Source of the DNA: Macrostomum lignano | Taxonomy: Eukaryota | Length of the DNA stretch: 64,000 nt | NCBI GenBank assembly: GCA_002269645.1 | Contig: NIVC01003717.1 | Location: 1-64,000 of the forward strand | Direction: 5' to 3' | Shown here: piece by piece, positions 55,601 to 64,000 of the stretch | Layout: each line of letters opens with the position of its first letter | Position numbering within the stretch: the stretch's first letter is position 1 | The notes under the pieces: model-generated | Database searches by the model: none | Seen by the model: only the letters and a program-made list of their open reading frames with translations | Told to the model about the DNA's origin: nothing | Position numbers and translations under genes: made by a program

Positions 55601-58600
55601 TCTCCCTTTCCCTGTTTCCCCCACTTTCCCTAATCCCACTTCCCTTTAATTTCCCTACTATCACATCATTCTCCAGTCTCCTACACAAGGTTTATCTTCT
55701 CAGATTCCCATTCCCCTCTTTTCCCTCATAAATTCTTCCTTTCGGCTCTCTGTTCCCTCTGCTAAAGTCAGTCTAATTCTGCACATTCTTCAACAGGTCG
55801 CATTATAATTTACTCACAAGCCAAATTTCCACTCTCTCATATCGCAGCGAAGTCATCGGCTACGCCGTATCATCCGAGAGTTGCGCATTCCAATCCACCA
55901 GCACTAGGCTGCTTCGCGAAGTTCAACCAGGCGAAATTGTTCGCCTGTCGATTCAACAACAGCCTGAATTGTCTGGCGCCGCCAGTACTATTGAAACCTG
56001 CGCCATCGTACCCCGACCGTCTGCTTCTTCTAGTAGCAATGCAACTGGGGCGTCTGAGTCTACCGCGGTTTTGCCCGCTATGTGTATATTTGAGTACGTG
56101 TACTTTGCTCGGCCGGATTCTCAATTCGAGGGTCAGCAGGTAAATTATCAACACGTCGAGTTTTATTCCGTGTCTTCTACTTATGAGTAGAAATATGCGC
56201 ATCTTATCATTCCTTTTACATGGTTTTCATCTTACATGATGTGTGTTAGTTAATTTTAAAGCAGGTCTAACGACTCAAACGACTGCAATGCGACGTTGAG
56301 TGGACACCTCTAAGGGCGCTTTTCTAGCATTATAGAAGCCCTCTTTAGAGTCATTATAGAAGCCCCCTTTAGAGTCATTTTAGAAGCCCCCTTTAGAGTC
56401 ATTATAGAAGCCCCCTTTAGAGTCATTATAGAAGCCCCCTTTAGAGTCATTATAGAAGCCCCCTTTAGAGTCATTTTAGAAGCCCCCTTTAGAGTCATTA
56501 TAGAAGCCCCCTTTAGAGTCATTATAGAAGCCCCCTTTAGAGTCATTATAGAAGCGCCCTTTAGAGTCATTATAGAAGCCCCCTTTAGAGTCATTATAGA
56601 AGCCCCCTTTAGAGTCATTATAGAAGCGCCCTTAGAGTCATTATAGAAGCCCCCTTTAGAGTCATTATAGAAGCGCCCTTTAAAGTCATTATAGAAGCGC
56701 CCTTTAGAGTCATTATAGAAGCGCCCTTTAAAGTCATTATAGAAGCGCCCTTTAAAGTCATTATAGAAGCGCCCTTTAGAGTCATTATAGAAGCGCCCTT
56801 AGAGTCATTATAGAAGTGCCCTTTAAAGTCATTATAGAAGCGCCCTTTAGAGTCATTATAGAAGCGCCCTTAGAGTCATTATATAAGCGCCCTTTGAGTC
56901 ATTATAGAAGCGCCCTTTGGAGTCATTATAGAAGCGCCCTTTGGAGTCATTATAGAAGCGCCCTTTGAGTCATTATAGAAGCCCCTTTAGAGTCATTATA
57001 GAAGCGCCCTTAGTAACTCAGAGACGCTTGTTGACCTAGGTACCATTTTCATCGGGGCTGTCTTGCCCACAGCACGGAATCAGTAATCAAATGATCCTGT
57101 TTTCCTTAACCCCTACTTACCGAGTAGCAAATTATGCGAATTTTCTCTATTCTTTTCTTATTTAGGTTTATTCTGTAAGACGTCGATGCGGTGCTCAGTT
57201 GGCCAGCGAGAGTCCCTGTTCAGTAGATTTGGTTTCTACAGTGCCAGAGTCTGCCACTCCAGCTGCCATGGGCTATGCCAGCGCCTGCGGACTGCCTTAT
57301 GTGGAGGTTTGCTGCAGTTCTCTTTGCAGTGTTCTCGGTGTCTTGGGTTATCCAAATGGAACTCCTCACTGTTAGGCCCGTTGGGAGCCAGCCTCCTAGA
57401 TCCTCAGTTGCTGGGCCAGCCTTCCAGATCCTCAGTTGCTGGGCCAGCCTTCCAGATCCTCGGTTGCTGGGCCAGCCTTCCAGATCCTCAGTTGCTGGGC
57501 CAGCCTTCCAGATCCTCAGTTGCTGGGCCAGCCTCCCAGATCCTCAGTTGCTGGGCCAGCCTTCCAGATCCTCAGTTGCTGGGCCAGCCTCCCAGAGTGT
57601 CAGTTGCTGGGCCAGCCTCCCAGATCCTCAGTTGCTGGGCCAGCCTCCCAGAGTGTCAGTTGCTGGGCCAGCCTCCCAGATCCTCAGTTGCTGGGCCAGC
57701 CTCCCAGATCCTCAGTTGCGGGGCCAGCCTCCCAGATCCTCAGTTGCTGGGCCAGCCTCCCAGATCCTCAGTTGCGGGGCCAGCCTCCCAGATCCTCAGT
57801 TGCGGGGCCAGCCTCCCAGATTCTCAGTTGCTGGGCCAGCCTCCCAGATTCTCAGTTGCTGGCCCAGCCTCCCAGATTCTCAGTTGCTGGGCCAGCCTTC
57901 CAGATCCTCAGTTGCTGGGCCAGCCTTCCAGATCCTCGGTTGCTGGGCCAGCCTTCCAGATCCTCAGTTGCTGGGCCAGCCTCCCAGATCCTCAGTTGCT
58001 GGGCCAGCCTCCCAGATCCTCAGTTGCTGGGCCAGCCTTCCAGATCCTCAGTTGCTGGGCCAGCCTCCCAGAGTGTCAGTTGCTGGGCCAGCCTCCTAGA
58101 TCCTCAGTTGCTGGGCCAGCCTCCCAGATCCTCAGTTGCTGGGCCAGCCTCCCAGAGTGTCAGTTGCTGGGCCAGCCTCCCAGATCCTCAGTTGCTGGGC
58201 CAGCCTCCCAGATCCTCAGTTGCGGGGCCAGCCTCCCAGATCCTCAGTTGCGGGGCCAGCCTCCCAGATCCTCAGTTGCTGGGCCAGCCTCCCAGATTCT
58301 CAGTTGCTGGGCCAGCCTCCCAGATTCTCAGTTGCTGGGCCAGCCTCCCAGATTCTCAGTTGCTGGGCCAGCCTCCCAGTGTCAGAGCCCACTCTAACCC
58401 GACCCCATCTGCCCTCAGGTATTCTGCAAGAACCGCTACATCGGTCGCACCTTCATACAGCCCAGCAATCTGCTGCGTCAAGTTGGCGTAGCAAAAAAAT
58501 TCGGCGTCATCGAAGAGAACGTACGCGATAAGCGCATCGTGCTCATTGACGACTCCATTGTTCGGGGCAACACAATGGGCCCTATTGTTAGCCTTCTACG

Positions 58601-58871
58601 ATCTCATGGTGCATCCGAGGTGCATATTCGCATTGCCAGTCCGCCTCTGCGTCATCCCTGCTATATGGGGATTAATATCCCAACTAAAGAGGAGCTGATC
58701 GCTAACAAGCTCACGTTGGAGCAGCTTCGAAGAGCTTTGAACGCGGATTCTTTAGCCTATCTCAGCGTTGAAGGACTGCACAAGGCTGTCTCGGCTGGGT
58801 GCACCAGCAACCCTATTGGACATTGCGATGCCTGTCTGACAGGGAAATATCCTGTGCAGCTAGACTGGTAA
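52665..58871 (+). CDS. PPAT: Amidophosphoribosyltransferase (glutamine PRPP amidotransferase), 5 exons, 526 aa
   Basis: Exons 52665-53008, 54546-54896, 55848-56139, 57166-57306 and 58419-58871, GT-AG, 1581 nt in frame. Propeptide then CGV; [49 protein letters not shown] and HCDAC. Confidence 0.96.
53085..54470. repeat. ~15-bp minisatellite AAAGAATCGCCCCTC with ~226/169-bp higher-order blocks, PPAT intron 1
   Basis: Marker CCTAATTAAATTATCACC recurs six times. Confidence 0.95.
54965..55615. repeat. 16-bp pyrimidine repeat CTCCCTGTCTCCCTCT, PPAT intron 2
   Basis: Direct inspection. Confidence 0.95.
56310..57012. repeat. 24-bp minisatellite TTTAGAGTCATTATAGAAGCCCCC, PPAT intron 3
   Basis: Direct inspection. 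Confidence 0.95.
57385..58382. repeat. 28-bp minisatellite GTTGCTGGGCCAGCCTCCCAGATCCTCA, PPAT intron 4
   Basis: Direct inspection. Confidence 0.95.
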
Positions 58872-59877
58872 TTGCAGCAGTGCGATGCCCTCCGAACCCT
58901 AACCTAGACGACTCGATTTTTTCTAGGCTTAAGATTGTAAACCACTTATCTTACTCACTGCTGCCCTGACCGCTCTTCTCTGTCCTAGCATGTCTGTCTG
59001 TCCTAGTGTCTGCATGCTTGCATGTCCTAGTGTCTGTCTGCCTGTCATAGTGTCTTATCTATCTGCCCTAGTGTCTGTCTGTCCAACTGTCTACATGTCC
59101 ATGTGTCTGGTGAGTCTATAACACAGCATCCCATGCTCCACAGGCCTGAAAATATCTGCATGTCAAATCAGCATATCGAGCTTGAACTCTCTGATGTTTC
59201 AGTGACGTCATTGCCACAAAAAGAAACATTCAATCATCGGCTGTTAGAGCAGCCATTTTTCAAATTGAATCGCAATACTCGCTCCAATCTAAAGTGCTTT
59301 TTATATACTATAGCTAATCTAAGTGTAACTTAAAAATTTTGTCTTTTAATAGAAATCTATTAAATTTTATATTATTTTATATTATAATAAACATGCTATA
59401 ATTGAAATTCCAAACTAACTATGCAAGTCAGGAGGAAATTGATTTCATTTTTGTCCGTTACAGTTAAATCAATGCAGTGCATTCTGTCTCTTGTCCAGCT
59501 GAATCTGAAAGTGTTGGCTATCGCCCCATATTTCTATCTAAGTGATTGATATTTTTCTAATTTAACACAGTTGAATTACAACTTAACGAACATATTTGAT
59601 ACATTATTTGTTTTACAAACTTTTTATTTGATCTGAATGCCATTCATTATAATTCAATGACGTTCAAATATAGCAGTTTAAGATTCTGAGATGTACTTTA
59701 GAAAAATTATATTTAGATTTTTTGGCTCGGACCGTTTTTTCATTTGCGCGAAGTTATTGAAAGAAAAGTTGTTCACCTAATTTTCTTTGACCATTTTATC
59801 GATGATTTAATTAACAGTGCATAAAGCATTGTTGATTTGAAGAAAAAAATGAGTGCGAAGATAAATCCTGATATGAA

Positions 59878-59904
59878 TGGATGGATAGATAGATGGATAG
59901 ATAG

Positions 59905-59935
<31 letters not shown>

Positions 59936-59945
59936 GATAGATAGC

Positions 59946-60010
<65 letters not shown>

Positions 60011-60031
60011 GGATAGATAGATCGATCGATC

Positions 60032-60066
<35 letters not shown>

Positions 60067-60073
60067 TGATAGC

Positions 60074-60130
<57 letters not shown>

Positions 60131-60197
60131 TGATAGCTAGATAGATAGATAGATAGATAGATACATAGATAGATAGATAGCTAGATAGCTAGATAGC

Positions 60198-60240
<43 letters not shown>

Positions 60241-60269
60241 CTAGATAGATAGATAGATAGATAGATAGC

Positions 60270-60322
<53 letters not shown>

Positions 60323-60333
60323 TGATTGATAGC

Positions 60334-60368
<35 letters not shown>

Positions 60369-60452
60369 TTAGATAGATAGATAGATAGATGGATAGATAG
60401 ATGGACAGATATATAGACAGATAGATAAATAGGTAGGTAGGTAGGTAGGTAG
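59878..60452. repeat. (AGAT)n microsatellite
   Basis: Direct inspection. Confidence 0.97.
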
Positions 60453-60847
60453 TTAAATAGAGATGTTAAGGCAATGATGTAAGCATGATTTATGTTTTTG
60501 GCAATCTCTTCTCCAGACGAAGTTTAGGGTTACGCAAGCAAGTCTTGCTGTAATTATAAGCAATTACATATAATCAGGAACACACCCGGCTAGTGCATAA
60601 GCCTCCATTTTAGCTCACTGGGCAGTCCACACCAAGAAAGGAATCACATTGGCTTAGATGTGACAGCAAGTCTGCAATAACGATAGTTTTAAATGCACCT
60701 ATAATTTTCGAGGAATTTTTCACCTTTCCTGCATTTCTGATCCCCAGCTGTTACAAGTTAAGACCTCGATAGCCAAGGAACCAGCAAGTGCCGGCATAGC
60801 AACTTATCGTTGACAGCTACTGAAAGATTGGTTGGATTTCGTATGTG

Positions 60848-63800
60848 ATGGCAGAGGGTGTCAGTATTTCGGCTCCGAATCTTATATACGGTGGGCCATC
60901 CACGTCACAGAATAGTAGTAGTACTAATACTGAAAGCAACAGGAACAGCAACAATAATAATATTAACCATGCTGATGGCAATTCCTCCTCAGCTTCTTTG
61001 TTTGAATCGCGCTCGGACACGTCAGAAACATCATCCGTAGTACTGGAGGATGGTAATCAGAATCCCACTGTTGGTTTAGCCACTGAACAAGCTCAACAAG
61101 ATGATAACGAAACAGAACAACAGGAAGTTAACGTTGTTATCGATATTAACGATGAGAATGCGAATGCCACTACTAATAACAATAATAACGATAATGATGC
61201 AGATAATTATGATAATGAACCACAGAACGACGCTCTCGTTGGCGAGATTATTGATTTGACAGATGATGTGCCTGGTCAAATCCATCTGCCGCAGCCTATA
61301 ATGATTGAAGATCTTGATAATGATGATAATGAACTGGACGATTTCCTTGTCATTGACGATCTGAGACGTTCAACTAGTAATAGTCGTCGAAGAGTTACGG
61401 CTCCTCCAGATGCTAGAACTTCTTCGCGTAGACGACAACAGCAACGGCTTGATTCGCATCCGGAATCTGGGGCATCCAACTCCAGGGTTATCGTTAAGAA
61501 GCGTCGATTAAGCGACGGTGAAGGACCGTCTGGAAGTGGTACAACGGCGGCTTCTTTAAGTCCTCCTCAACCTGCAGATGAAGGTTGCACAATCTGTTTT
61601 GAGCCCTGGACATCGTCTGGCGAGCATCGAGTCTGCGCGTTGCGTTGCGGCCATCTGTTTGGCAAATCTTGCGTCGAGCGTTGGTTAGAAACCCGGCAAC
61701 AGTGCCCGCAGTGCAATAGAAATTGCCGACGTCACGAAGTGCTGCCCTTGTATGTTACCAATCTCAGAGCTGTAGATAATAGCGAGAATGAAGCTCTAAA
61801 ACTCGAGATTGACAAGATTAAACGAGCTAAACTAACCGCCGAGCAGGAGGCTGGGGACATGCGGTTGAGACTAGACATGCTCAGAGATGAGAACAGGCGA
61901 CTATCTCGCCAATTGGAGTTCTATCGAAGTCATTCTTCCAAGCTGACTATTGATCTGACCGATGCTGGCGGCGAGACTTGCTCTTATCATTTGGAAGACA
62001 ATGTCATGATTTCTCAGGTGGGTGGATGCGAGGTCATGATCCCTATAGATGCCTGTTTAGAATGGGTCATGATCCCTATAGATGTGTCTGTTTAGAATGG
62101 GTCATGATCCCTATAGATGTGTTTAGAAAGGGTCATGATCCCTATAGATGTGTTTAGAATGGGTCATGATCCCTATAGATGTGCTTAGAATGGGTCATGA
62201 TCCCTATAGATGCCTGTTTAGAATGGGTCATGATCCCTATAGATGTGTCTGTTTAGAATGGGTCATGATCCCTATAGATGTGTTTAGAATGGGTCATGAT
62301 CCCTATAGATGTGTTTAGAATGGGTCATGATCCCTATTGATGTATGTTTAGAATGGGTCATGATCCCTATAGATGTGTCTGTTTAGAATGGGTCATGATC
62401 CCTATAGATGTGTTTAGAATGGGTCATGATCCCTATAGATGTGTTTAGAATGGGTCATGATCCCTATAGATGTGTCTGTTTAGAATGGGTCATGATCCCT
62501 ATAGATGTGTTTAGAATGGGTCATGATCCCTATAGATGTGTTTAGAATGGGTCATGATCCCTATAGATGTGTATGTTTAGAATGGGTCATGATTCCTCCA
62601 AGTCAATAGGAGATCTCCCTAACTAATCAACCGCCTCTTTGCGCTTCCCAGGTAGGCGAGTGCCGAGTACTCGCTCTCAACCAGCAGCTCGACGTGCTGT
62701 GCATCTCCCAGCCTAGCCGAAATCCTCTATTCCGCGGCTACGGCCTTCGCAAGTTGGATTTAGTAGACTTTCGCAATTCCAGCTACATTCATTTGCACAC
62801 TAATAAACTGCGGGATGCCTGCTTTAATCCCGAGGGCACCCTGCTGCTCACCGCCAGCATGGACAAGCAGATCAGGTTAACCGGCTTTCACTCCGAGCAG
62901 ACTGTTTGCTATTTCGATTGCCCCACAGCTGTGTGGTCCTGCTGCTGGAGTCCGTATGATCCCAATCAGTTCTATGCAGGCCTAGCCAATGGCAGGGTGA
63001 TGTGCTTCGATATGCGTCACATTGGCAGTCACGTGAGCGTGCTGCCGTGCGCCGAAGAGCCGCCCAGTGTCACCTCGGTGGTGTCCATGGCTTCGGTGAG
63101 TGCGGCGGCGCCCCTCTCCTTGAAAAATCTGAATCCCCTCCTTTGTCAAAATCGACAAAATCCGCCCCTTAAAAAATTATTTAAAAATCCGCCCGTTAAT
63201 TAAAAAATGCGCCCTTCCAGTTTTCTTTAAATCCGCCCTCACAAAAATCTACTAAATCCGCGCCCTCCTTATAAAAATCTACTAAACCCGCCCCCTCATT
63301 ATAAAAATCTACTAAACCCGCCCCCTCATTATAAAAATCTACTAAACCCGCCCCCTCATTATAAAAATCTACTAAACCCGCCCCTCATTATAAAAATCTA
63401 CTAAATCCGCCCCCTCATTATAAAAATCTACTAAACCCGCCCCCTCATTATAAAAATCTACTAAACCCGCCCCCTCATTATAACAATCTTCTAAATCCGC
63501 CCCATTAAAAGCTACCAAAAACCGCCCCATACCGCCAGCTGCCAGCCGGTGCCCCAGCCGCAGGCGTCGCTGCACCATCAGCTTTGCTAGCCGGCCAGTT
63601 TGATCGGCTGAGTCTCTACCGTCGGCCAGCGGCAGTCGCCGCAGCCGCAGCAGCAGCAACCGAAGCCGACAATCACCAGGCCGCACTGCTCCCGATGCCC
63701 GGCCCTGGCAGCGGTCAACAGCTGGCTTGGCTGGCCGCAGATCCAGACAGTCGACACGTCCTGTTGACTCACCGACCGACTGCCAACCACCAGCAACAGC

Positions 63801-64000
63801 AGCCGCAGCAGCAACGTCCGGGTGTTGAGCACTCCGTCTACAGTTTAGATTTCATTCGCACCAGCGCTGATAGCAGCGATTCGACAGCAACCATGGAATC
63901 CGCACTGAGACCTCTGAGTCGAATTCGAGCTGGCCAATCGATGAAGCTCCTAGCTAGGAGTCGACTATTTCAACAGGCTAGCAGATCCGGCGGAGCTCTG
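60848..64000 (+). CDS. RFWD3: RFWD3-like RING + coiled-coil + WD40 E3 ubiquitin ligase, 3' end beyond the window
   Basis: Exons 60848-62017, 62652-63095 and 63539->64000, GT-AG, phase 0. RING CTICFEPWTSSGEHRVCALRCGHLFGKSCVERWL...CPQC; WD40 part LHTNKLRDACF, LLTASMDK, VWSCCW and YAGLANG. Confidence 0.92.
62030..62596. repeat. 31/35-bp minisatellite GTCATGATCCCTATAGATGTGTTTAGAATGG, RFWD3 intron 1
   Basis: Direct inspection. Confidence 0.95.
63225..63510. repeat. 30-bp minisatellite CCGCCCCCTCATTATAAAAATCTACTAAAC, RFWD3 intron 2
   Basis: Direct inspection. Confidence 0.92.

Overview
Eukaryotic (animal) genomic DNA. The gene set and the repeat-stuffed introns suggest a free-living flatworm such as Macrostomum; that assignment is inference. 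Six spliced genes can be built by hand: TCF/LEF (-, 210-2990, broken by several 1-nt indels), a divergent F-actin capping protein alpha (-, 6778-14893), an SLC28 concentrative nucleoside transporter (-, 19677-39710) with a two-exon innexin (+, 22470-24235) nested in one intron, amidophosphoribosyltransferase PPAT (+, 52665-58871) and RFWD3 (+, 60848 to beyond the window end). Nearly every large intron holds its own minisatellite, and most long ORFs in the supplied track are artefacts of these arrays. Mobile DNA includes an intact-looking piggyBac, LOA- and RTE-type LINE fragments (nested, with a 5' inversion), a Penelope-like fragment, an LTR with a tRNA-Leu PBS, and many MITEs. The most unusual element is a ~298-bp MITE family with two different TIR sets. 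Both sets carry a ~64-nt 28S rRNA segment (the R2/Pokey/I-PpoI target region) inside a cassette whose antisense strand reads as a complete GT-AG intron, and one copy has inserted exactly into the homologous site of another.
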